A stretch of DNA of 64,000 nt, from positions 1 to 64,000 of the forward strand of contig JBPOGH010000010.1 in NCBI GenBank assembly GCA_051252135.1. The letters run 5' to 3'. A model generated the notes under the pieces. That model was not told the origin of the DNA. It saw only the letters and a list, made by a program, of their open reading frames with translations, and did not search any database. Position 1 is the stretch's first letter, and each line of letters opens with the position of its first letter. This DNA comes from Verrucomicrobiaceae bacterium. GTDB taxonomy: Bacteria; Verrucomicrobiota; Verrucomicrobiia; Verrucomicrobiales; Akkermansiaceae. This document shows positions 10,278 to 18,318 of this stretch, in pieces. The translations under genes and the position numbers were made by a program.

Positions 10278-11039
10278 TTAGCGCTGGGTTTTCCATTTTG
10301 CGCCGGTGAGCCACTGGTGGATGATTTCGTCGTTGCGGGTGATGTTTCCGGTGACGCGGTATTCGGATGCGCGGAGGGCGTGGGCGTTTTCGCGGTCCTG
10401 GTCGACGACGGATTTGGCGGCACCGCCGGAGGAGTGGATGAAGCGGACTTCGCCGTCGTCTTGAACGACGAGGAAGGCGACGTGCCGGTCGAGGCCGACG
10501 ATTCTGATGCCGGGTCCGCGTGAGGCGACCTCGGAGAGGAAGAGGTCGTAGTTGAGGTTGGCGCGGACGTGCATGTGATCGCGGGGGAGGAAGGTGCCGA
10601 TGATGTTTTGGGAGGCTTGTTGGGCGAGGCGGATACGTTCGACCTGGAATCCGGCGTCGCGGAGGACGGTGGAGACGAAGTAGCCGCAGGCGATGTTTCC
10701 TTCGCCGGGGATTTGTGAGGTGCCGTTGAAGTCCCAATCGGTGCCGAGCCAGCAGCGCATGAGCTTGGGGAGGGATTCCTCGAGGGCGGCCCGTGCTTCC
10801 TGTTGGATGGAGGTGATCTCAGCCGCGGTGCGTGCGCTTTGGTAGCGATGGGCGAGGTGGGCGCGCTTGAGTTCGAGCTCCAGTTTGAGTTCCTCGTAGA
10901 GGTCGGGATCGGGGACCGGTTTGGCTTTGCTGATGCGGGTTTCGTGAAACTCGCGGACGACTGCTTCAATCTGATCCCGGTAGGTCCATCCGCCGTAGGC
11001 GATGGCTCCGAGGATGAGCAGAGTGAGGAGGCGTTTCAT
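10278..11039 (-). CDS. Membrane-anchored hypothetical protein, possibly NlpC/P60 (papain-like) fold
   Basis: N-terminal TM; W.GT.WDF.G...IACGYFVS...HVAF...FIHSS Cys/His pattern. Confidence 0.55.
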   Translation of the reverse strand: MKRLLTLLILGAIAYGGWTYRDQIEAVVREFHETRISKAKPVPDPDLYEELKLELELKRAHLAHRYQSARTAAEITSIQQEARAALEESLPKLMRCWLGTDWDFNGTSQIPGEGNIACGYFVSTVLRDAGFQVERIRLAQQASQNIIGTFLPRDHMHVRANLNYDLFLSEVASRGPGIRIVGLDRHVAFLVVQDDGEVRFIHSSGGAAKSVVDQDRENAHALRASEYRVTGNITRNDEIIHQWLTGAKWKTQR

Positions 11040-11176
11040 GATGGGGAAGCGTCAGCGGATCCTCATTCTACCATTAAAATTTCCTTAGGTCGTGTGGATA
11101 AATTGCTTCACGCGGCGAGGAGCGGGACGGGAGGAGGGCGAGTGACTTGAGGCGGGAGATCATTTTAGGGCGGGTG

Positions 11177-12421
11177 CTACTTTTTGATCTTGGGGAGGGG
11201 AGGGAGGGGGAATGAGTCGGGGGAGCGTTTGGAGATGGGGCGGGTGAAGGGGGTGCCGAATTTGGTGGAGCCGTCGATGAAGCCGCCCTGGGAGAGAAAG
11301 AAGTCGCCGGTGGGAGTGACGCCCATGAAGCGGTCGAGGCGGTCTGCTTTTCCGGTGGAGTCGTGGCTGAAGGTGGCCCTGGTGACCTCGTGCCATTTGC
11401 CATCGGTGGTGCGGGTCCATTGGTTGCCGTAGTCGGCGCGGCGCAGGACGTGGCCGTTTTGGCCGGCGAAGTTTTCGGAGAAGCTGTAGAGGCCGCGGAG
11501 GTAGTTGCCTTCCTTGGGGGCTTTCCAGCTGGAGATGAGGAACCATTCGTTGAGGTCGGGGCGGAAGTAGTAGCCGGAGAAGATGGTGTGGGTGGCGTCG
11601 GTGGGTTCGGCGGTGACGAGGAAGCGTTGGCGCTCGCCGGTTTTCCACTGAAATTTGAGGTGGGAGTGTCCGCCGGTGCCCTCGTTTCCGAAGCTGCCGG
11701 AGTTTACGTTTTCGCCTTTGGCGATGAGGGTGACGCGGTCTTCCGAGCCGACCTTGTTGCGGTCGACGGCCTCGCCGCCGCTATCCCAGACGCTGAAGAT
11801 GATGCGGCGTTCGGTGGGGCTGTTGACTTGCATGCCGAAGTATCCGCGATGCCAGCCGGTGGCCATGTAGTAGGTCCAGAGCGGGTCCTCGACGGCGGTC
11901 ATCTCGCAGTAGAAGGCGTCGATCTCCTCGCCGGGTTCGACGGGGTAGGCGAGGTGGACGGAGGCGGCGTTGCGACGGGGTTTGAGATTGAAGTGGGCGC
12001 CTTGGGTGGCGGTGCCAGCGAGGAGGAGGGTTTTGATTTCTCCGGCGGGTTTTGGGGAGGTGAGGGAGAATTGGTGGTAGCCGGTGGATTCGATGGGGAT
12101 GTTGCCGAAGTTGGCGGTGATTGCGCCCGAGGCGTTTCCGGTGACGGTGGTTTCGCGTGTTTGATCGCCGACCTTTAGGGTGAGCGGGAGGGTGGTGCCT
12201 TCGGGGAGGAGGAATTCGATTTGGGGGTTGAGGCCTCCGGTGGTGGTGAGGTGGCCGAACCAATTGATGGAGAGGTCGGAGTTTTTCCAGTGAGAGATGC
12301 CGTCGTCACGGACGCGTGCGCCGTTGGGGTCGGGGTCGAGGTAGGCGGTGGCGGCGGGGATGCGGAGGGTTTCTCCGTGAGCGAGGATGCCGGTGATGAG
12401 GAAGAGGAGGGAGCGGAGCAT
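11177..12421 (-). CDS. DUF5077/DUF3472 domain secreted protein
   Basis: RNAASVHL, GYFGMQVNSPTERRIIFSVWD, FGNEGTGGHS, LYSFSENF. Confidence 0.8.
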   Translation of the reverse strand: MLRSLLFLITGILAHGETLRIPAATAYLDPDPNGARVRDDGISHWKNSDLSINWFGHLTTTGGLNPQIEFLLPEGTTLPLTLKVGDQTRETTVTGNASGAITANFGNIPIESTGYHQFSLTSPKPAGEIKTLLLAGTATQGAHFNLKPRRNAASVHLAYPVEPGEEIDAFYCEMTAVEDPLWTYYMATGWHRGYFGMQVNSPTERRIIFSVWDSGGEAVDRNKVGSEDRVTLIAKGENVNSGSFGNEGTGGHSHLKFQWKTGERQRFLVTAEPTDATHTIFSGYYFRPDLNEWFLISSWKAPKEGNYLRGLYSFSENFAGQNGHVLRRADYGNQWTRTTDGKWHEVTRATFSHDSTGKADRLDRFMGVTPTGDFFLSQGGFIDGSTKFGTPFTRPISKRSPDSFPLPPLPKIKK

Positions 12422-12505
12422 GGAGAGAATACGAACCCGGATGGCCGGGATCATTCAAGGGAATTGGAGATTGCCCCGGAGAGGGAAAGGAGGTGGATTG
12501 GTTTT

Positions 12506-13795
12506 ATGCGATACGAAGCTGTTGATCCCGCCTTTTTTGTTGGAAACCGTGAGCGCCTGGTGGCGAAACTGAAGCCGAAGAGCATGGTGATTATCCATGC
12601 CAATGACATCACGGCGACGAATGCGGACGGGACGTTGCCTTTTAAGCAAAACTCCGATCTTTTTTACCTGAGTGGAGTGGATCAGGAGGAGACGGTGTTG
12701 GTGCTGTTTCCGGAGGCGATCAATCCGAAGGAGCGCGAAGTGCTTTTTGTGCGTGAGACGTCCGAGCATCTGGCGGTGTGGGAAGGGGACAAGCTGACGA
12801 AGGAGCAGGCGACGGCGGTGTCCGGGATTGAGAACGTGCAGTGGGTGGAGAACTTCGAGGGGTTCTTGCATCGGAACGCCCCGCTGGCGGACAAGCTTTA
12901 CCTTCATACGAACGACCATCTGCGGGCGTCGAACATTGTGGAGACGCGGAACCGGAGATTCATCAGGGAGTGTCAGGAGCGGTATCCGCTGCACGGCTAT
13001 GAGCGGGTGGCTCCTCTGTTGAGCGAGCTGCGGATGATCAAGGAGGTGGAGGAAATTCGATTTTTGCAGAAGGCGATCGATATCACGGAGGCGGGATTCC
13101 GCCGGGTGATGAAGTTTCTCAAGCCGGGGGTGGGTGAGTGGGAGCTGGAGGCGGAATATCTGCATGAGTTTGTGCGGAGCAAGTCACGGGGCTTTGCGTA
13201 TTCGCCGATTATTGGTTCGGGCAAGAATGCCTGTGTGTTGCACTACCTTGAGAATGAGGCGGTTTGTCAGGACGGCGAAATGGTGCTGATGGATGTGGGT
13301 GCGGAGTATGGCAACTGGAATGCGGACATGACGCGGACGGTGCCGGTGAACGGGAAGTTTAGCGATCGTCAGAAGGACGTTTACAACGCGGTGCTGAATG
13401 TGCTGAAGGGGGCGAATGAGATTTTGCGACCGGGGATCATGATGGCCGATTATCAGAAGCAGGTGATTGAGCTGATGGAGACCGAATTGATCGGGATCGG
13501 CTTGATTGATGCGGAGGCGGCGAAGGGGCAGTCGGAGGACAAGGAGCTGGTGAAGAAGTACTTCATGCACGGGACGTCCCACCATCTGGGGCTTGATGTG
13601 CACGATGTGTGGGACCCGACCCAGCCGGTTGCGGTGGGGATGGTGTTTACGATTGAGCCGGGGATTTATATCCGGGAGGAGAATCTCGGGGTGCGGATCG
13701 AGGATAATGTCATCATCGGGGTGGAAGAGAACATCAACATGTTCGAGAACTTCCCGACGGAGGTGGAAGAGATCGAAGCGGCGATGGCGGAGTGA
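12506..13795 (+). CDS. pepP: Xaa-Pro aminopeptidase (M24B)
   Basis: FKQNSDLFYLSG, LHY, D.GAEY..NADMTRT, HGTSHHLGLDVHD, TIEPGIY, GVRIED. Confidence 0.9.
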   Translation: MRYEAVDPAFFVGNRERLVAKLKPKSMVIIHANDITATNADGTLPFKQNSDLFYLSGVDQEETVLVLFPEAINPKEREVLFVRETSEHLAVWEGDKLTKEQATAVSGIENVQWVENFEGFLHRNAPLADKLYLHTNDHLRASNIVETRNRRFIRECQERYPLHGYERVAPLLSELRMIKEVEEIRFLQKAIDITEAGFRRVMKFLKPGVGEWELEAEYLHEFVRSKSRGFAYSPIIGSGKNACVLHYLENEAVCQDGEMVLMDVGAEYGNWNADMTRTVPVNGKFSDRQKDVYNAVLNVLKGANEILRPGIMMADYQKQVIELMETELIGIGLIDAEAAKGQSEDKELVKKYFMHGTSHHLGLDVHDVWDPTQPVAVGMVFTIEPGIYIREENLGVRIEDNVIIGVEENINMFENFPTEVEEIEAAMAE

Positions 13796-13807
13796 TTTTC
13801 AGGATTC

Positions 13808-13846
13808 AAAAAAAGGCCGCGTTCCCGAGGGGGCGCGGCCTTTTTG
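13808..13846. terminator. Bidirectional intrinsic terminator
   Basis: AAAAAAAGGCCGCG...CGCGGCCTTTTT between convergent genes. Confidence 0.85.
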
Positions 13847-13863
13847 ATTGATGGAAAAACGGT

Positions 13864-14253
13864 TTACTCGGCAGTGGCGCTGTATTTTCCGCCGGGGATG
13901 CCATTGACGGCAGCGACGAGGGCCTCGGCGCTGGCGGTTCCTTTGATCTTGGCCGGCTGGTTGAGCTGAACGTCAGCTGATTGGACTCCCGGGACGTTTT
14001 CCAGTGCAGACCGCACTGTTTTGACGCACATGGCCACTCATGTCATGCCCTCGATCTTGAGGGAGACGGTTTGGATGTCGGCCGGGGGAGCGGCGAAGGG
14101 ATCGGAGGATGCCGGGGTCTGGGCTTCTTCGGCCGGGGTGTCGGATTTGGGAGCGGGATCCGTGGCGGCATCTTTTTCGCCCTCTGATTTGCAAGCGACC
14201 AGTGACAGCGCGATGGCTGCGAGGGCGCTCAAGATGAGTTGAATTGATTTCAT
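13864..14253 (-). CDS. Probable selenoprotein: lipoprotein with heavy-metal-associated (HMA/MerP/CopZ-like) domain; in-frame TGA at 14038-14040
   Basis: Lipobox LVA-C; readthrough gives VSLKIEGMT-U-VAMCVKTVRSALENVPGVQSADV...ALVAAV...YSATAE, ending at TAA 13864-13866 just before a terminator. Confidence 0.88.
14002..14018 (-). promoter_or_regulatory. Putative bacterial SECIS element
   Basis: mRNA CAGUGC-GGUCU-GCACUG, loop 25 nt after UGA. Confidence 0.8.
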
Positions 14254-14420
14254 GATATGGGTTGGGTTTTGACGGATCGGATTGATCGCGTTGCCAACAC
14301 GGTAGCATCTGAGGGGAGATTTGGCGAGGACGGGGCGGTGGTGTGGTGATTCCAGTCCTTTGAGGGGGCTTCGTTGTTGAAGCAGCCGGACGGCTCGGAG
14401 AGCCGGTCCCTGCCTAAAAG

Positions 14421-14460
14421 CAAAACACCCCAGCCTCGCGAGCGAAGCTGGGGTGTTTTG
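14421..14460 (-). terminator. Hairpin immediately 3' of tRNA-Glu
   Basis: CAAAACACCCCAGC...GCTGGGGTGTTTTG inverted repeat. Confidence 0.7.
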
Positions 14461-14533
14461 GCAACCCGTAGGGGGATCGAACCCCTATTGCCAGAATGAA
14501 AATCTGGAGTCCTAACCATTAGACGAACGGGTC
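14459..14533 (-). tRNA. tRNA-Glu (TTC)
   Basis: GACCCGTTCGTCTAATGGTTAGGAC; anticodon arm CCAGA-TTTTCAT-TCTGG; GGTTCGATCC; CCA end. Confidence 0.97.
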
Positions 14534-14675
14534 ACTTGTCGTTGGACGGGGGCGAATTATAATCAGGGGGTGGTATTGGCAAGAAGGTTTTTTGAACTTT
14601 TTGCGTATTTCCTGATTCTTCGGGCCCTGCCGCTTTACGTGGAGAGGGATCGCGGCTAGTTCTTAATCCTCATCT

Positions 14676-16046
14676 ATGCCTGATCTTTCCGCTTTGCCGT
14701 CCGTTGAGAAGCTTGCTGCTGCTCTGGCTCCCGAGGTTTCCTTGCCCCGTCCGCTGGTGAATTTGTTCGTGCGACGGGAGATTCAGGGGTTTCGGGAGAG
14801 GTTGCTGGCGGGGGAGACGCCGAGTCGAGAGGAGATGGAGAAGGAAATTGCGACGGGGCTGCGGGGATTTACGAATTCGCGGCTGCAGCCGGTGATCAAT
14901 GCGACGGGGGTGTTGATTCATACGAATTTGGGGAGATCACCGCTGGGGCCGCGGGCGGCAGGGGCGTTGCAGGCGATTGCGACGGGTTATTCGAATCTGG
15001 AGTTTGATCTGCCATCGGGTGCGCGGGGGAAGCGGGCGGGCTATCTGGAGACGGCGTTGGCGTGTCTGCTGGAGACGGAGGCGGCGACGGCGGTGAATAA
15101 TTGTGCGGCGGCGCTGGTGCTGACACTGCGGACGTTAGTGGAGGAGGGGAAGAATGAGGTGATTGTGTCGCGGTCGGAGTTGGTGGAGATCGGGGGTGGG
15201 TTTCGGATTCCGGAGATTTTGGAGACCTCGGGGGCGAAGCTGGTGGAGGTGGGGGCGACAAATAAGACGCATCTTCATGATTACGAGAAGGCGATCACGC
15301 CGCAGACGGCGCTTATTTTGAAGGTTCACCGGTCGAATTTTTACATCGAGGGATTTGTGGGGGAGCCGGAGATCCCGGAGTTGGCGGAGCTGGCGCATGC
15401 GCACGGGCTTCCTTTGGTGGAGGATTTGGGATCGGGGGCGATGATGAACACGGATGAGTTGGCGCCGATTGAGCATGAGCCGACGCCGCAGGAGTGCCTG
15501 AGGCGGGGGATTGATCTGGTGATTTTTTCGGGGGACAAATTGCTGGGCGGGCCGCAGTCGGGGATTATCGGGGGGCGGGCGGATTTGGTGGCGGAGATCA
15601 AGAAGGAGCCGTTCTTTCGGGCGGTGCGCTGTGACAAGTTGATCCTGACGACGTTGCAGGAATCGATTGATCAATATTTGGAAGTGAAGGCGGACCCGAC
15701 GTCGAGTGATGTGCCGGTGCTGGCGTTTTTGAGGACGGGGGTGGATGAGCTGAAGGCGCGGGCGGAGAAGATTTTGGCCGGGCTTCCGAGTGGGGCGGTG
15801 GCGATGACGGTGGAGGACACGCTGGCGCGGCCGGGCGGGGGGACGATGCCGAGGTCGGAGTTTCCTTCGGTGGCGATCAAGCTGGCGCCGTCGAATCAAT
15901 CGGTGCCGAAGCTCGCGAAAGCGTTGCGGACGGGGTCGCCTGCCTTGGTGGGTTACACGACCGAGGACGCGTTGTTTTTGGATTTGCGGACGGTTTTTCC
16001 CGAGGATGACGAGAAGGTGGTGGAGGCGTTGGGCAAGGTGCTGTGA
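14676..16046 (+). CDS. selA: L-seryl-tRNA(Sec) selenium transferase
   Basis: VINATGVLIHTNLGRSPL, VNNCAAA, SRSELVEIGGGFRIP, EDLGSG, FSGDKLLGGPQSG (PLP lysine). Confidence 0.95.
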   Translation: MPDLSALPSVEKLAAALAPEVSLPRPLVNLFVRREIQGFRERLLAGETPSREEMEKEIATGLRGFTNSRLQPVINATGVLIHTNLGRSPLGPRAAGALQAIATGYSNLEFDLPSGARGKRAGYLETALACLLETEAATAVNNCAAALVLTLRTLVEEGKNEVIVSRSELVEIGGGFRIPEILETSGAKLVEVGATNKTHLHDYEKAITPQTALILKVHRSNFYIEGFVGEPEIPELAELAHAHGLPLVEDLGSGAMMNTDELAPIEHEPTPQECLRRGIDLVIFSGDKLLGGPQSGIIGGRADLVAEIKKEPFFRAVRCDKLILTTLQESIDQYLEVKADPTSSDVPVLAFLRTGVDELKARAEKILAGLPSGAVAMTVEDTLARPGGGTMPRSEFPSVAIKLAPSNQSVPKLAKALRTGSPALVGYTTEDALFLDLRTVFPEDDEKVVEALGKVL

Positions 16047-16717
16047 GGCTGGATCGGGTTATCGGGAAGTGGGGTGGCTGGGGGAAGCGGTCGGTGCGCG
16101 AGCGGCTGGAAGGTGGGCTGGTGCGGTTGAATGGCGAGGTGGTGGAGGTTGGCCGGACGCAGGTGGGGACGTTTGATCGGGTGGAGGTTGAGGGGAAGGT
16201 GGTGCAGGCGCGGGTGGCGCGTTCTGTGATGCTGAACAAGCCTGCGGGGGTGGTGAGTGCGACGGTTGATGAGGAGCACAAGACGGTGATTGATCTGATT
16301 GATGCGGCGTGGGCGGGGGAGTTGCATCTGGCGGGGCGGCTGGATCGCTTTACGACGGGGTTGGTGATTTTGACGAATGACAGCGGGTTTTCGGAGTCGC
16401 TGACGGAGCCGGGGCGGAAGGTGGGGAAGCGATACGTGGTGGAGACGGATGGGGAGATTACGGGGGAGATGGTGTCGGCGTTTGAGAAGGGGATGTGGTT
16501 TGCGAAGGAGCAGGTGACGACGGCTCCGGCGATTGTGGAGTTATTGGGAGAGCGGCGGTGTCGGTTGACGATTTACGAGGGGAAGCATCACCAGGTGAAG
16601 CGGATGTTTTCGAGGTTTGAGGTGAAGGTGGTGGGGTTGCATCGCGAGGCGGTGGGGGAGTTTGAGCTGGGGGAGTTGGGGGAAGGGCAGTGGGTGGAGA
16701 TCGGAATGAATGATTGA
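16043..16717 (+). CDS. RsuA-family pseudouridine synthase
   Basis: MRLD S4-like start, NKPAGVVS, AGRLDRFTTGL, EGKHHQVKRM; GTGA overlap with selA. Confidence 0.9.
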   Translation: MRLDRVIGKWGGWGKRSVRERLEGGLVRLNGEVVEVGRTQVGTFDRVEVEGKVVQARVARSVMLNKPAGVVSATVDEEHKTVIDLIDAAWAGELHLAGRLDRFTTGLVILTNDSGFSESLTEPGRKVGKRYVVETDGEITGEMVSAFEKGMWFAKEQVTTAPAIVELLGERRCRLTIYEGKHHQVKRMFSRFEVKVVGLHREAVGEFELGELGEGQWVEIGMND

Positions 16718-16807
16718 AGAATTGGACGAATGGATGATTGGCTTGGTTGAGGGGGGTGAGAATTTGAAATTTAGAATTAGGGATTAGGAATTGCTTGGTG
16801 GGGGGGG
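16703..16807 (+). repeat. Dispersed repeat copy 1 plus heptamer module
   Basis: Core ATTGGACGAATGGATGATTGGCTTGG then AATTTGA-AATTTAG-AATTAGG-GATTAGG. Confidence 0.85.
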
Positions 16808-16830
16808 AGGAATGGGGCTGAATGGGGGGG

Positions 16831-18171
16831 ATGAAAAAGGGTGTTTTACTTTTTGTGGCGGGGGTGGCGACTGGGGTGGGGGTGTTTACGTTGATGGAGG
16901 TTGGTGAGGTGAAGAGAGGGGATGAGGGAGTGGAGGTGGAGAAGGGGAGAGCGGTGAGGGTGGCGGAACGAACGGAAGGGGGATCACGGACGGTGGGACG
17001 CGGGGGGAGAGGTGAGGCGCGGGGTGATGAGGATTCGGGGTTGGGAGATTTGATGGGGCGGGTGGCTTTTTTGCGGGCGTCGGCGGGGAATGAGACGAAT
17101 CAGCTTGAGCTGGGAAGATTGACGGCGGTGATTGGGGCGATGTCGGGCGAGGAGGTGGATGCCTTTTTGTTGGAGCTGGAGGGGTTGGAAGAGGATGAGA
17201 CGATGACCGATCCGCTGGAGAGGCTATCCGAGGTGGCGATGCTACGGCTTTTTGAGTTGGATGGATTTGCGGCGATTCAGGCGCTCGCGGATGACCGGTA
17301 TCCGAATTGTGATGAGCGGTTTGGGGCGGACATGAGGGTGAGTTCGATGTCGGTTTGGGCGGGGCAGAATCCGGATGGGGTGCGGGACTGGGTGATGGGG
17401 GTGTTGAAGAAGCTGGATGGGGGTGGATCGATGAACGGGGGGGAGTTGTTTTTGAATGATGAGGAAGTGATGGAGGCGTTCTTTTTGAACTATGAGCGAT
17501 TGCGTCCGGGGCAGAGTGCGGGGTTGGCGGGTGAGCTTGGTGATCAGGGTCGGCAGGATTTGCTAGGGAAGCTCTCGATGAAGGCGCGGATCAAGTTGGC
17601 GGAAGATCCGGGGGAGGTGGGGAAGGCGTTGGATGACAGTTTGGGGATTGCGGCGTATCAGGCGGGCGCGGTGCTGGAGGAGGCGATGGCCAAGAACCTG
17701 GAGGTGTGTCGGCAGTGGGTGGAGGGGCAGGGGGAGTCGGAGCACCGTAATCAGGCTCTGTTAGATGTGGGGTATGAGATGATCAGTCGTGATGATGAGA
17801 AGGGAGTGGGTTGGTTGCTGGAGCAGGAGGTGACGGATGTGGAAACGCGGAAGAGGCGATTGGGGCTGGTGCAGAGGCAACTGCAGACCTTGAATGTGGT
17901 GATCACGGAGTCCCGGATTGAGATGCCGGTGTTTGGATCGGCGGGGGGCGGCTTGATTCAGTTGGATGTGGCGCCCGAGGTGGTTGAGTTCGACAGCTTC
18001 ATCAACTACGGGACGCCGATTGAGGTGAGCTTGAACAATCCGCAGCGGTCGCTGGAATCGGATCCGGAGGCGTTCGTGCAGGGGTTGCGCGAGGGGGCGG
18101 CGGGGAAGTTTGAAGGGCGCTTTGTGGGGGCGGTGGAGGAGGAGATTCGGGCGTTGGGATTGGGGGAGTAA
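16831..18171 (+). CDS. Membrane-anchored hypothetical protein
   Basis: Long ORF, N-terminal hydrophobic helix, helical body; C-terminal secretin-like motifs. Confidence 0.75.
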   Translation: MKKGVLLFVAGVATGVGVFTLMEVGEVKRGDEGVEVEKGRAVRVAERTEGGSRTVGRGGRGEARGDEDSGLGDLMGRVAFLRASAGNETNQLELGRLTAVIGAMSGEEVDAFLLELEGLEEDETMTDPLERLSEVAMLRLFELDGFAAIQALADDRYPNCDERFGADMRVSSMSVWAGQNPDGVRDWVMGVLKKLDGGGSMNGGELFLNDEEVMEAFFLNYERLRPGQSAGLAGELGDQGRQDLLGKLSMKARIKLAEDPGEVGKALDDSLGIAAYQAGAVLEEAMAKNLEVCRQWVEGQGESEHRNQALLDVGYEMISRDDEKGVGWLLEQEVTDVETRKRRLGLVQRQLQTLNVVITESRIEMPVFGSAGGGLIQLDVAPEVVEFDSFINYGTPIEVSLNNPQRSLESDPEAFVQGLREGAAGKFEGRFVGAVEEEIRALGLGE

Positions 18172-18318
18172 CAATTAAAAATTAAGAATTAGGGATTAAG
18201 AATTGAGGTTGGGGGGCTTGGTTGAGGGGGGGATTTGCGACGGCATCTAGTCGATGCTGCAAAACCGGGATGATTTTGTAGGGGACAAATGGGGTGGGGT
18301 GACGCTTTGATAGGCGGG

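Noticed and set aside
10166..10969. N-terminal part of listed ORF 9974-10969
   Set aside because: Pro/Ser-rich out-of-frame shadow of gene 10278-11039. The real start is ATG 10165, which gives a signal peptide.
9974..14040. In-frame TGAs as pseudogene lesions or an alternative genetic code
   Set aside because: Many genes here (pepP, selA, purT, uppP) end normally in TGA. Both internal TGAs sit at Cys-motif positions with matching hairpins and intact downstream frames.
14459..14533. tRNA-Glu (or tRNA-Arg at 39557) as a prophage or island attachment site
   Set aside because: No integrase and no duplicated tRNA 3' end seen in the window.
14254..14675. tRNA-Sec (selC) beside selA
   Set aside because: The only tRNA here has a TTC anticodon and a short variable arm (Glu). 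I saw no TCA-anticodon long-arm tRNA, nor selB or selD, in the window.
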